Shown here in pieces: positions 52,606 through 64,000 of a stretch of DNA of 64,000 nt. The first letter of the stretch is position 1. Every line of letters begins with the position of its first letter. Location of the stretch: NCBI GenBank assembly GCA_963733195.1, contig CAVTCR010000056.1, positions 96,001 to 160,000 on the forward strand. Reading direction: 5' to 3'. The position numbers and the translations under genes were made by a program. This DNA comes from an uncultured delta proteobacterium. GTDB taxonomy: Bacteria > Desulfobacterota > Binatia > Bin18. The notes under the pieces are model-generated. The model saw only the letters and a program-made list of their open reading frames with translations, made no database searches and was not told where the DNA came from.

Positions 52606-55169
52606 CTACGCAGTCGCTTCCAGTCGTAAATTTTCCAGCTCTGGAGTCAATTGTGCGAGCACGTGTTCCAGTTTGACGACTACTTGAGAGGCCAGGTCAA
52701 TATTGCCTTGTCGTCCCAACTGCTCAAGCGTCCGTGCAACCTCAAAGGGTTCGCGGGTTGTGAAATTTCCCACAGAACCTTTCAAGGCATGAGCTGCTTG
52801 TGTCAGCGCAGTGAGATCGGCTTGTACGACCGCTTCTTTGATACGCAACAGGTACCCTGGGTATGATTCCAAAAACAATTCTGCCATTTCGGATAACAGC
52901 ACCTTATCTCCATCCACACGGTCGAGGGCTTCGTTCAGATCGAAAACTGAGAGGTCCGTTTGTCTCGGGAACCGGAATCCATCCTCAGGTGCGAACGGGA
53001 TGTTTTCATCCGCCACGGAAGGTTCTTCTGTACTGTCATGCAGAGATTGATACTGAAATGGGTTTCCCTGCGAGAGGGACGTGTCATTGTTAGTGCTGAC
53101 TGGGGCTTCGTCTGTGGAGCGGAGTGAATATCCATCGTCTTCTGTTATGAGAGGTGGTGGAATAATATGGAAGCCTGTCTCTGAAGGAGAAGGATCCTGG
53201 GTCTCAAAGATGAGCACAGTGTTGTCACGTGCCTCTTCTGAGTCACTTTCCCCTTTTTCAAACGAAAGGTCCATGTCGAAGATGAGCGCAGTATTGTCAC
53301 GTGCCTCTTCTGAGTCACCCGTAGTTTGCGAAAACTGGGATAACGGATGGAACATGGGTGCTGCAGTCGGTGCCTCGATGTTTTGTGCGGTGAACGAAGC
53401 TGTTTCATTGCTGGCTGGGGTGAAAAGATTACTGTCGAGAGGAGCAGCTGTCACCGGTGCCACCACGGTAGCGGATTGTGTTTTCGCCCATGCGACCCAA
53501 TGCGCTAGTATTGTCTGCAGCTTATCGGGATTCAGCGGCTTGGAAAGGTAGTCGTCCATACCCGCAGCGAGGCAACGCTCACGATCCCCGGGCATAATAT
53601 GGGCGGTCAAGGCAATAATCGGGAGATGGGGAAGGTTCAATGTCGTTTCGCGCACGCGGATTTCCCCGGTTGCAGAGAGGCCATCCATCTCTGGCATCTG
53701 ACAATCCATCAGTACTGCTGCGTAGGAGTTGGTTACAGCTTCTTCGAACGCTGCTCGGCCATTAAATACGACTTTGGTCCGATAGCCAAATTTTTCCAGC
53801 AACCGACTGATGAGTTTTTGGTTGACCGGGTTATCTTCGGCAACAAGAATTGCGAGTTGTTCTTCAGTCGTGCTAGGGACTGTCGAAGGCAACGTACCGG
53901 GAAGTACCGGAGTGACCATTTCCTCTGTTGCCGCGGCTTGATGATGCAAACATACGGTAAACCAGAAGGTACTTCCTTGTGCCGTCCCGCTGGTGACTCC
54001 AATCTCTCCACCCATGTGTTCAACGATGCGCTTGCTGATTGCGAGTCCGAGGCCGGTTCCTCCATACCTCCGGGTGGATGAGGGATCACCTTGTGAGAAG
54101 GCCTGGAAGAGATTAGCGAGGCGGTCCGTTGGAATCCCAATTCCTGTATCAGTAATAGTAAAACGGAGAGTGACAGTGCTACCTGCAGTTTGCACGAGTC
54201 CAGTATGCAGAGATACTTGACCTGTTTCGGTGAACTTAAGCGCGTTTCCGAGGAGATTGATCAAGACTTGGCGGAGGCGTGTCGCATCTCCACGAAGCAG
54301 GGAGGGAACATCGTCGTGGATAAACGAGGTGAGTTCAAGTTTCTTCTTTGCTGTTGTTTCCGCGAAGAGGTCGAGTACTTCTTCGATTGTGTTGCGAGGC
54401 GAAAACTCTTTTTCTTCGAGTTCGAACGTTCCAGTTTCTAACTCCGAGAAGTCGAGCAAATCGTTAACAATGGTGAGCAGCATATCTGCGCTAGTACACG
54501 CAGTTTCTGCATAGTCCTTCTGTTCAGGAGTCAAGTCGGTATCTAATAACAACTGAGTCATGCCGATGACCCCGTTGAGCGGGGTACGGATTTCGTGACT
54601 CATATTGGCCAAGAAGTCAGACTTTGTCCGGTTGGCTGCAGAGACTTCTGTTCGTGATTGTTGCAACGCCTTTTCGAGTTGGACACGTTCCGCAGTCGCG
54701 CTTTGCAACGCGCTGGAAGTCTGCAACAACTCTGCTGCGTGCTCGTCTGCACGTGCGGTAAGAGTCTCTGTTGCCTTTCGCAATGCCTCTTCTGTCTGTC
54801 GATGCACGAGAATTTGTGCTTCCAGTTCACGCTTCGCTTCCTCGAGGCGATGCGCCCGTTCAAGCAGTCCCTGATGGGCGCTTTCTGCTCTTTGTCGTGC
54901 TATGCTCACCTCAGCGAGTTTTTCTTGTACTCCGACATGTTTCCGGCGGACAAGAAACGCTCCGAGAATAGCAACCGCAGTGCCAACACCAACTGTGAGA
55001 GCTTGCCCAGTAAACGCGTGGTAAAGGCAAGCGCCTCCTGTAGCATCTCACTTCCAGCAAGAATGAGGAATGCGACGAGGGCGATCTGGAACAACGATGG
55101 GGCGCCGGCCTCAGGTTTTTTCGAAGTTGTTGGCTCCGAGTGTCGCGATGATTGTCGCAGGTTACGCAT
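52606..55169 (-). CDS. Membrane hybrid kinase TM-HisKA-HATPase-REC-Hpt (apparent frameshift near 55030)
   Basis: [36 protein letters not shown]. The main frame stays open upstream through a TM segment ([18 protein letters not shown]) that joins ORF 54906-55169. Confidence 0.85.
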
Positions 55170-55193
55170 AGTCGTAGTGATCCTCAGGTTTGT

Positions 55194-58100
55194 TTAGGCT
55201 GCGAGCTCCGCTTTCAACGACGAGAGCGCCTCTCGCAACCGTGCTAGTTCCGTTTCGAGAATGTCTACAGCGGGTGAAGCCTGCTCGATGTTACCGCGTG
55301 TCCCTATTTGTTCTAACTGCGCGATAGCCATGAGTGCTCGTTTCGCTGCGAAGTTGCCCACTGAGCCTTTCAGGGTATGGATTGTGTACGCGAGTGAGTG
55401 AGGGTCTTTGTCGCTGGCAGCTGCCCGCATTTGCTCCAGCAGTTTCGGAGAACTTTCCCAGAAAAGGTCGGTTAATTCTGTCAGCAACGTAACATCACCA
55501 TCGACCAGGGAGAGCAGCTCAGTACGATCAAAGATCTCTTCTGGAGTGGGGGGAGCTTCCTCTTGTTGGCCCATTGCGGTGCTCTTCCCTTGTTGGGCAA
55601 CTTGTTCCAGCGTGGCAAACAATTCTTCTGCTCGCAACGGCTTACTGACGTATCCATCCATGCCAGCCGACAGGCAATGTTCTTTGTCTCCTACCATCGC
55701 GTGCGCAGTCATGGCGATGATGAAGATGTGGGTCTCACTCTTTTGCTCGTACTCGCGAATAGCTGCGGTTGCTTCCATACCATTCATGACCGGCATTTCG
55801 ACATCCATAAGGATCGCATCGAACGGGCCGTTCTGGAGAAAACTCTCGTATGCCTCTTTCCCATTGGTCGCGACAACTGCCTCGTGACCCCATTTCTGTA
55901 AGAAACGCACGGCTAGTTTCTGGTTGACGGCGTTATCCTCGGCTACCAATAGCCGCAACACGCGCCGACTCTTTTGTGCGAATGGAGTTTTCGATTTGCG
56001 TGTTTCCTCGACGACTTTGCCTCGTGCCTTGAGAAGCGCCGTCAATAACTCTGACGGGCGAATTGGTTTCAACATGAAACCCGAGAGGCCCATCTGTTGA
56101 CATCGATCTCGCTCTTCTTTCTGGTCGGATGACGTCAACATCATCAATGTTGCCCCTGCAATCGCCGGTGTTTCGGTGATTTGCTGGGCAAGTGTAAACC
56201 CATCCGTCTTTGGCATGTGCCCGTCAATCAGCACGAAGGCGAACGGTTGGGCTTTCGTCTTTGCCTCTTGCATGAGGGCAAGGGCATGTTCTGCCGAATC
56301 GGCAAGATGTGGAACCATCCGCCACGAGGTCATGAGATCTTTGAGAATGCGTCGGTTGGTAGCGTTGTCGTCAACGATCAGCACTGGCAACCCTTGCAGT
56401 TCTTCAACGGCGACAGGGGTGGTCTCTTCTTGCCGGGTACCGATGCCGAGTCGGGCAGTGAAGTAGAATGTTGAGCCTTGATTCTCTTCGCTCTCAAGCC
56501 ACAGATAACCCTCCATCAATCTCACAAGCTGGGTCGAGATTGCAAGACCAAGGCCGGTTCCTCCGTACTTTCGATTGATGGAAGTATCGGCTTGAGAGAA
56601 CGCTTGAAAGATAAGGTGCTGTTTGTCCTTGGGGATACCAATTCCGGTGTCGCGGACAGCAAAACGTAGCTCTACCTCGTGTTCCTCGCCCCTTGTTTTT
56701 TCGACATGGACAGCGACCTCGCCCTTCTCGGTGAACTTGAGTGCGTTGCCGACCAGATTGGTGACAACTTGACGTAAGCGGCTGGAGTCGCCAATCACGA
56801 GGTCTGGAACATCTGCGGCGACTTCATACAGCAGCTCCAAGCCTTTTTGGTGTGCACGAAAGGCGAGTGCTTTCATTGCGTCACCGAGATTCTCACGGAG
56901 AGAGAAATTCACCGACTCCAGATCCAGTTTGCGGGCTTCAATTTTGGAGAAGTCGAGAATGTCGTTCAGAAGCGCAAGTAAGGCTTCGGCAGAACTTTTT
57001 ACGGTTTCTGCGTACTCACGCTGCTCTGAGGTCAGAGAGGTATCGAGAAGGAGCTCAGTCATGCCGATGACACCGTTCATCGGTGTACGGATCTCATGAC
57101 TCATATTGGCCAAAAATTCCGATTTTGCCTGGCTCGACTGTTCGGCGATTTCTTTTGCTTGTTGAAGCGAGAATTCGACCTGTTTGCGATCGGTAATATC
57201 TCGCCCAGTAACCACGACCCCACTGACTTGGCCATTGGCCTCTGTGAGCAGGGCGGCTTTCCAATGGTACAGCGCCGTAGATCCGTCTTTCCCAAGAAGT
57301 ACTGCCTCCAGCGTTCGTTGGCTTTCGCTGCTCTCTTCAGAGAGCATTGCCGTGATACGGTCGTGTTCCTCTTCTGCGAAGAACTGAATCGCCGGAAGCC
57401 CTGACAGTTCATCGCTAGAGTAGCCTGAAGCATGCTCGAACGCCGCGTTCCATTTGCGTATCCTCCCCTGTTGGTCGACAACAAAGAAGGCATCTGGGAG
57501 TGCTCTGGTGAGTACCTCGTGCTCGCGGAGAGTGTGGGTCAGTGTCTCTTCGCTGTGTTTGCGTTCTGCAATCTCAGCATGGAGGGCTGCGGTATCCTGT
57601 TCAAGGTCGACGGTATGTTCCTGTAATCGCCGCTCGAGATCTTCCTGAAGTTGGTGCAGGGATTCTTCCAACGTGTGCCGTGTGGTCTGTTCATTATGAA
57701 GCGAGGCTTGGAGCTGCTCAACTTCAGCCACCTGCTCATGGAGACGCCGCTCGAGATCTTCCTGAAGTTGGCGCAGGGATTCTTCCAACGTGTGCCGTGT
57801 GGTCTGTTCATTATGAAGCGAGGCTTGGAGCTGCTCAACTTCAGCCACCTGCTCATGGAGACGCCGCTCGAGATCCTCCTGGGTCTGACGTAATGCTGTT
57901 TCTGTTTGCTGGCGTGCTTCTCGTTCGGCTTCTATAGCACTATTGGCTTGAGCTGTTTCCCTTGTGTGTTCCTGGGCTTGATGGTCGAGCTGCTCTTGTG
58001 CCTGGCGGAGAGAGGCTTCGAGGGTTTGTCGTCCGACCTGATCATCGTACAACGTCGCCTGCAATTGTTCGATTTCAGCGGTGCGTTCTTGAAGGCGACG

Positions 58101-58838
58101 TTCGAGGTCACTCTGACCCTGACGGAGTGCTTCTGCAGCCTCACGCTGCGTTGCTAACTCACTCTGAAGTGTTTCATTTGTTTGGGTAAGTTCTCGTGTC
58201 CGTTCCTCGATGAGTTGCTCTAACTCCTGTGCTTGAAGAAGGACCTCTCCAGCTTGACCCTGAGAGGCATCCCACTCAGGAGCATCTTCAGGTGTTGGCC
58301 CGTGTTTGCCATTGGCAAGTGCGGGGGTGCCGGCTGACTGATCAAGGGTTGGCGGCTGTAGTTGCTGTCCTGCCACTAGGTGAAGCGTCGGAGGAGAGGA
58401 AGGTTCGACCAGGGCAGGTTTTTGGGAACTCGGTATTGTTCCTGCACCGATATGGAGCGCGACCTTCCGGAGAAGAATGTCTCTTTGAATGGGTTTAACT
58501 AGGTAGTCAGCGGCCCCAAGGGAGAAGGCCTTTGCCCGTTCCTCTCCTTCTTCCTGGGCGGTGACAAAGATGATGGGGATGGTGGCAAGGGTTGGGTTCG
58601 TTTGAAGATGTGAGCATACCTCGTAGCCATCCATGATTGGCATGATGGCATCGAGCAGAATGAGGTTCGGTTTGATCTTCTGCAGGGTTGTTAAGGCACG
58701 CGCACCACTGTCGGCAGTGAGTACCGAGTACCCATTACTTATGAGTGAGCGTTCGATTGCCCGCAGTGTCACCTTGTCATCATCAACACACAAGATGATT
58801 GGGGCTGTGGAGCCATCCATGAATCTCTCCCCCATCAC
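55194..58838 (-). CDS. Hybrid kinase REC-coiled coil-PAS-HisKA-HATPase-REC-REC-Hpt
   Basis: [25 protein letters not shown], three receivers, TIHTLKGS, long E/Q/R/L-rich coiled coil. Confidence 0.93.
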   Translation of the reverse strand: MMGERFMDGSTAPIILCVDDDKVTLRAIERSLISNGYSVLTADSGARALTTLQKIKPNLILLDAIMPIMDGYEVCSHLQTNPTLATIPIIFVTAQEEGEERAKAFSLGAADYLVKPIQRDILLRKVALHIGAGTIPSSQKPALVEPSSPPTLHLVAGQQLQPPTLDQSAGTPALANGKHGPTPEDAPEWDASQGQAGEVLLQAQELEQLIEERTRELTQTNETLQSELATQREAAEALRQGQSDLERRLQERTAEIEQLQATLYDDQVGRQTLEASLRQAQEQLDHQAQEHTRETAQANSAIEAEREARQQTETALRQTQEDLERRLHEQVAEVEQLQASLHNEQTTRHTLEESLRQLQEDLERRLHEQVAEVEQLQASLHNEQTTRHTLEESLHQLQEDLERRLQEHTVDLEQDTAALHAEIAERKHSEETLTHTLREHEVLTRALPDAFFVVDQQGRIRKWNAAFEHASGYSSDELSGLPAIQFFAEEEHDRITAMLSEESSESQRTLEAVLLGKDGSTALYHWKAALLTEANGQVSGVVVTGRDITDRKQVEFSLQQAKEIAEQSSQAKSEFLANMSHEIRTPMNGVIGMTELLLDTSLTSEQREYAETVKSSAEALLALLNDILDFSKIEARKLDLESVNFSLRENLGDAMKALAFRAHQKGLELLYEVAADVPDLVIGDSSRLRQVVTNLVGNALKFTEKGEVAVHVEKTRGEEHEVELRFAVRDTGIGIPKDKQHLIFQAFSQADTSINRKYGGTGLGLAISTQLVRLMEGYLWLESEENQGSTFYFTARLGIGTRQEETTPVAVEELQGLPVLIVDDNATNRRILKDLMTSWRMVPHLADSAEHALALMQEAKTKAQPFAFVLIDGHMPKTDGFTLAQQITETPAIAGATLMMLTSSDQKEERDRCQQMGLSGFMLKPIRPSELLTALLKARGKVVEETRKSKTPFAQKSRRVLRLLVAEDNAVNQKLAVRFLQKWGHEAVVATNGKEAYESFLQNGPFDAILMDVEMPVMNGMEATAAIREYEQKSETHIFIIAMTAHAMVGDKEHCLSAGMDGYVSKPLRAEELFATLEQVAQQGKSTAMGQQEEAPPTPEEIFDRTELLSLVDGDVTLLTELTDLFWESSPKLLEQMRAAASDKDPHSLAYTIHTLKGSVGNFAAKRALMAIAQLEQIGTRGNIEQASPAVDILETELARLREALSSLKAELAA
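57628..57881. repeat. 117-bp in-frame tandem repeat (about 2.2 near-identical copies)
   Basis: CGCCGCTCGAGATC recurs at 57628, 57745 and 57862; it encodes the 39-aa unit QEDLERRLHEQVAEVEQLQASLHNEQTTRHTLEESLRQL. Confidence 0.92.
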
Positions 58839-58923
58839 ATAAGAAGTCTCTCTGGCCGAGATTGAGGTGGTTTTTCTGTTGATCGTTGGCCTTTCTCTCT
58901 ATGCCAGCGGCTTCTCTCTCCTT

Positions 58924-58950
58924 ACATCGGCGATCGTTTGGTTTTGTTTA
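58924..58950 (-). promoter_or_regulatory. sigma28-type promoter at the head of the signalling cluster
   Basis: TAAA-N15-GCCGATGT. Confidence 0.75.
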
Positions 58951-59286
58951 CTATGGAAACATCTCGCTCCAGTTTCCACACAACACGCACGCTCATTACC
59001 TACCTATTCAATGCGAATGTACTCAGACGAGAAGGGAGAGATTCTGGTGAAGGTGTATTCTCCAGGCGGTGAACCACCAGGCTATGCACCTGGATGCCTG
59101 TTTCCAAGACAAGTTGGCCGTAACAGCTCCCACTCACCCTCTCTCTCGCTTGGGATGCGATCGGTGGTGACAAAAAAAACTTTAGTCAAGAGGGGCTCCT
59201 CTGTACAGTCTTCTGTTAGTTGCAATTTTTGATACGGAATTCTATCCTAGTGGAGTTAACATCACAGGAGAGATAAGGAGGTGTAT

Positions 59287-59655
59287 ATGAGGTGGTCTAC
59301 AAAAGTCATTGCGACAGTAATTGGCATGGGGATGCTGTATCCGACTCTCAGTATGGCGCAGCCAGCAGGAAGGACCAAAAGCGGAGAGTATGCACGAGGA
59401 TTAGCTGCTCCGCTGCTGAGTGTTGGGTATTTCCCCATCAAGTTTGTGGTCGGAGTGGCTGGAGCGGTCCTGGGTGGAGCAAGCGGATTCCTCACTGGTG
59501 GAAGTGATCGTGCTGCCGAAGGTATTTGGTATCCGATGACAGGCGGGACATACTTCATCACGCCGGAGATCTTAGAAGGAGAGCGACGCTTCCTACCACT
59601 TGATTACGGACCAAGTACGCCTCCTCGGGTGCATTCCGAATACATGCAGCCCTAG
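59287..59655 (+). CDS. Exported/membrane hypothetical protein
   Basis: AAGGAGG RBS, signal peptide ending SMA-Q, Gly-rich hydrophobic segment. Confidence 0.7.
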   Translation: MRWSTKVIATVIGMGMLYPTLSMAQPAGRTKSGEYARGLAAPLLSVGYFPIKFVVGVAGAVLGGASGFLTGGSDRAAEGIWYPMTGGTYFITPEILEGERRFLPLDYGPSTPPRVHSEYMQP

Positions 59656-59715
59656 GCGATTGTTCTACCAGCTGATAACGAGACTACGCCACGACCGACA
59701 CGCATCACTAGAGAC

Positions 59716-59744
59716 TTGACAGGTGTAACGTAGCGCAGTAAGAA
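59716..59744 (+). promoter_or_regulatory. sigma70-type promoter of the pyr operon
   Basis: TTGACA-N17-TAAGAA. Confidence 0.65.
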
Positions 59745-59751
59745 CATCCCA

Positions 59752-59784
59752 CCTTTTAATCTATCCCCGCGAGGTTAGGAAAGG
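59752..59784 (+). promoter_or_regulatory. PyrR-binding RNA loop (attenuator)
   Basis: CCTTTTAATCTATCCCCGCGAGGTTAGGAAAGG resembles the CUUUAA..RUCCnGnGAGGYU..AAAG consensus and lies upstream of pyrR. Confidence 0.8.
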
Positions 59785-59793
59785 TGCAAATGA

Positions 59794-60414
<621 letters not shown>

Positions 60415-60426
60415 CCAGGAGGGCGC

Positions 60427-61368
60427 ATGATGTTTACTCAACCTCATCTCCTCGGACTCGAAGGACTGCAGAAGGACGAGCTGCTGTTCCTCCTTGATAC
60501 TGCCGAATCCTTTCGGGAAATCTCCGAGCGGGAAGTCAAGAAAGTCCCGACGTTACGGGGCAAAACTGTGATCAATCTGTTCTACGAATCGAGTACACGT
60601 ACGCGAACCTCGTTCGAGATCGCTGCCAAGAGGCTGTCGGCGGATGCGATCAACATTACCGCTGCAGCAAGTAGTGTTACCAAAGGTGAAACTCTCCTCG
60701 ATACGGCCCGCAATCTGATTGCCATGCGTCCAGCTGCGATCGTCATTCGTCACCCTTCATCTGGAGCGCCGCACTTTGTGGCACAGTTGGTCGATTGCCC
60801 GGTGATTAATGCTGGAGACGGAACGCATGAGCACCCGACGCAGGCATTGCTTGATATGCATACGATTCGCGAGCGTAAAGGCAAAATCGCTGGACTGATC
60901 GTGGCGATCGTGGGCGACATTCTTCACAGTCGTGTGGCGCGCTCGAATGTGTTGGCGCTGACGACGTTGGGTGCAACGGTGCGCCTGGTTGGCCCACGGA
61001 CATTGTTGCCGCCGGAATGTCGTACGTTTGGTGCGGAGCTGTACACCGATCTTCGGGCTGGGTTGGCAGGGGCAGATGTGGTGATGGCCCTACGGTTGCA
61101 GCAGGAACGTCAGGCGCGGAATTTTTTCCCCAGCGTCGAGGAGTACGCCCGTCGTTTCTGCATTACGCCGACCGCCCTAGCCGAAGCACAGCCCGATGTG
61201 TTGATCATGCACCCAGGACCGATGAATCGCGGGATTGAGATCGACTCGCGCGTTGCCGACGGTCCCTATTCGGTCATTCTCGATCAGGTCACTAATGGTG
61301 TTGCGGTGCGTATGGCGGTTCTCTTTCTCTTGACGACGCGAGGGAAAGAGGTGCGGGAGGAGGAGTAG
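60427..61368 (+). CDS. pyrB: Aspartate carbamoyltransferase catalytic subunit
   Basis: [37 protein letters not shown]. Confidence 0.96.
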   Translation: MMFTQPHLLGLEGLQKDELLFLLDTAESFREISEREVKKVPTLRGKTVINLFYESSTRTRTSFEIAAKRLSADAINITAAASSVTKGETLLDTARNLIAMRPAAIVIRHPSSGAPHFVAQLVDCPVINAGDGTHEHPTQALLDMHTIRERKGKIAGLIVAIVGDILHSRVARSNVLALTTLGATVRLVGPRTLLPPECRTFGAELYTDLRAGLAGADVVMALRLQQERQARNFFPSVEEYARRFCITPTALAEAQPDVLIMHPGPMNRGIEIDSRVADGPYSVILDQVTNGVAVRMAVLFLLTTRGKEVREEE

Positions 61369-61489
61369 GAAAGATAATGACAATCGGAGAAACGGCGGGT
61401 GGGAGGAACATAGACGTGCGGTAATCCTCCGTCGATTCCCCGGGTCTCCGATTCTCCGTTTCATTTTAGGTCTCGTGTAGTGAATTGTT

Positions 61490-62773
61490 ATGAAGCTTGT
61501 TATCCAAAACGGAACTGTGATCGATCCAGCGAATAACCTTGACGCACCTTGTGATGTATTGATCGAAGATGGTGTCGTGCGTGCAGTCGAGCAACCTGGA
61601 ACGTTTCGTAAGATCGAAGCTGAGATTCTTGATGCCAGTGGTCTCATCGTCGCCCCAGGATTTATCGATATTCATGTACATCTTCGTGAACCAGGGCAAG
61701 AGTATAAAGAAACAGTGCTGACCGGTACCCAATCTGCCGTGGCTGGCGGATTCACTGCTGTAGCCTGTATGGCGAATACCAATCCTGTCAATGATAATGG
61801 TGCAGTGACGCGCTACATTATCGAGCGAGCACGGGAAGCCAACCTAGCTCGGGTATTCCCAATCGGCGCGCTGTCGAAAGGGCTAAAAGGGGAAGAACTG
61901 GCATCGCTCGGGGAAATGGTCGATGCTGGAGCGGTGGCTATTTCTGATGACGGACGTCCGGTGATGAACGCAAATCTGATGCGGCGCGCATTGGAATACT
62001 GCTCAATGCTTAACGTACCCATCAGTGTGCATGAAGAAGATCTCCACCTTGCAGGTGGCGGTGTAATGAACGAAGGGCCAATGGCATTGCGCCTCGGATT
62101 GTGCGGAATCCCTAATGCCGCGGAAGATGTGATGATTGCGCGCGATATTACGCTTGCCCGGTTAACTGGGGGACGCGTGCATATCGCTCATCTCAGTACC
62201 CGTGGTGCAGTTGCGTTGGTCCGCCAAGCAAAAGCCGAAGGGTTGCAGGTTTCAGCTGAAGCGGCACCGCATCACTTCACACTGACCGAAGAAGCAGTGA
62301 ACGGCTACAACACTAACGCAAAAATGGCTCCACCATTACGTCTCGCAGAAGATGTCGAGGCAGTCAAAGACGGCTTGCGAGATGGAACCATCGATGCGAT
62401 TGCGACTGACCATGCACCCCATCATCGTGATGAGAAAGAGGTGGAGTTTGATCAAGCTGCCAACGGCATAGTGGGATTGGAAACGGCATTGCCGCTCACC
62501 ATGAAATTAGTGGACACCGGCGTCCTCTCCTTATCGGAAGCAGTACGGAAGCTCACCATCAATCCAACACGGATTTTCAACTTACCATATGGAACTCTCA
62601 CTGTTGGTGCTTCTGCGGACGTGGTGATTTTTGACCCGGCCTGTCAATGGCGAGTGGACGCTGCGAAGTTGCAATCGAAGAGCAAGAACTCTCCGTTCGA
62701 TACATGGGAACTGAAAGGGAAAGTTGTGGTAACAGTGGTTGGAGGACGCATTGTCTATGACAGCAGACAGTAG
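61490..62773 (+). CDS. pyrC: Dihydroorotase
   Basis: DIHVHLREPG, KMAPPLR, IATDHAPH, KSKNSPF. Confidence 0.95.
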   Translation: MKLVIQNGTVIDPANNLDAPCDVLIEDGVVRAVEQPGTFRKIEAEILDASGLIVAPGFIDIHVHLREPGQEYKETVLTGTQSAVAGGFTAVACMANTNPVNDNGAVTRYIIERAREANLARVFPIGALSKGLKGEELASLGEMVDAGAVAISDDGRPVMNANLMRRALEYCSMLNVPISVHEEDLHLAGGGVMNEGPMALRLGLCGIPNAAEDVMIARDITLARLTGGRVHIAHLSTRGAVALVRQAKAEGLQVSAEAAPHHFTLTEEAVNGYNTNAKMAPPLRLAEDVEAVKDGLRDGTIDAIATDHAPHHRDEKEVEFDQAANGIVGLETALPLTMKLVDTGVLSLSEAVRKLTINPTRIFNLPYGTLTVGASADVVIFDPACQWRVDAAKLQSKSKNSPFDTWELKGKVVVTVVGGRIVYDSRQ

Positions 62774-62871
62774 GCCATAGGCTTGAGGGCTTCCTTTTCC
62801 TCTAACCTGAAACCTCTCACCTAGAGCGATTTTAATGAGAGCTGATAGTTGACTACTGAAAACTTAAACTC

Positions 62872-64000
62872 ATGAAAGCTATACTCGCACTTGCAGACGG
62901 AACCGTTTTTACAGGACTCTCCTTTGGAGCTGAAGGGAGAGGTGACTGGTGAAGTGGTGTTTAACACTTCTCTCACTGGCTATCAGGAGATCCTGACAGA
63001 CCCTTCGTACAAAGGTCAGATAGTGACGATGACGTATACCGAGATCGGCAACGTCGGGGTCAATCCTGAAGATGTTGAATCGCGTCAGCCGTTTGTCGAA
63101 GGTTTCATTGTCAAAGAATACTGGGAGCGGCAAAGCAATTGGCGCGCCCAGAAGAGTCTTGGACAGTATCTGCGAGAACACAATATCGTTGGCATTCAAG
63201 GAATTGATACCCGTGCCCTTGTCCGTCACCTGCGGGATCATGGTGCTCAACAAGGGGTGATTTCGACCATTGATGATAATACGCAACGATTGATTGCCAA
63301 AGCGAAAGCTGCGCCGAGTCTTGTTGGTCGTGACTTGGTGAAAGAAGTGACGTGTGCCCAGCCATATAACTGGCACCAGGGACGGTGGGAACTTGGAAGG
63401 GGGTACAGGGAACAGGGGGTGGGGGGTAGGAATGAAGAAAGTCTAGAGTCTAGAGTCCAGAGTCCAGAGCCGGAAACCCAACTCCTGACTCCTGACCCCC
63501 AACCCCCGTTTTTCGTTGTGGCCTACGACTTCGGCATCAAATACAACATCCTCCGCAATCTGGTCGATGCGGGGTGTCGTGTTCGTGTGGTTCCTGCCCA
63601 CATGCCTGCTGCCCAGGTACTCGCGATGAAGCCGGATGGCGTTTTTCTTTCCAATGGCCCTGGTGACCCTGATGCAGTTCCTTATGCACGAGAGAATGTA
63701 GCGGCATTGGTGGGAGAAGTGCCGATGTTCGGCATTTGTCTTGGGCATCAAATCATGGGGCTGGCCTTGGGCGGACAAACATACAAGCTCAAGTTCGGAC
63801 ATCGTGGTGGGAATCATCCGGTTATGGACATGCAAACTCGTAAGGTCGAGATCACGTGTCAAAATCACGGATTTTGTGTTGATGTCGAATCGTTGCAGGG
63901 AAGGGCAGATGTGACCCACCTGAATCTCAACGATCGTACAGTCGAGGGGCTGTCTCACAAGGAGTATCCTCTATTCTCTGTGCAATACCACCCTGAGTCC
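62872..64000 (+). CDS. carA: Carbamoyl-phosphate synthase small subunit (frameshift near 62935; runs off the right edge)
   Basis: [10 protein letters not shown], then [49 protein letters not shown]. Confidence 0.93.

Noticed and set aside
57628-57881. Regularly spaced repeats as a possible CRISPR array
   Set aside because: Whole 117-bp units repeat with no unique spacers and lie in frame inside a kinase; no cas genes are present.
58867-59232. 121-aa plus-strand ORF in the divergent promoter region
   Set aside because: It overlaps the sigma28 promoter and shows no convincing coding features.

Overview
A 64 kb bacterial chromosomal window. Gene content suggests a deltaproteobacterial-type (possibly Binatia-like) organism; this is inference only. 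Housekeeping blocks: eno, ftsB, gcvH, pyrF, proS, feoAB with a Fur box, ctpA-xseAB-ispA-tlyA, tenA, and a PyrR-attenuated pyrR-pyrB-pyrC-carA operon. Near the left end is a tandem two-domain (eukaryotic-type) 6-phosphofructokinase. A decayed accessory island (~26.6-33.3 kb) holds an integrase remnant, IS5, IS6 and IS110/IS1111 elements. The IS1111-type element sits inside the IS6 terminal inverted repeat, and its 3' non-coding end folds into a bridge/seekRNA-like loop whose two guide segments match that exact target. A 25 kb minus-strand chemosensory cluster (33.3-58.9 kb) contains Wsp-like CheW/CheR-TPR/CheW/CheA/CheB genes, an MCP, five Hpt-tailed proteins (one a fully degenerate pseudo-kinase) and a receiver-fused PilB/GspE ATPase. 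Five sigma28-type promoters punctuate the cluster. Single-base frameshifts in conserved genes (eno, carA, ABC-F) suggest uncorrected long-read indels, so pseudogene calls are tentative. All calls are by eye, without database searches.
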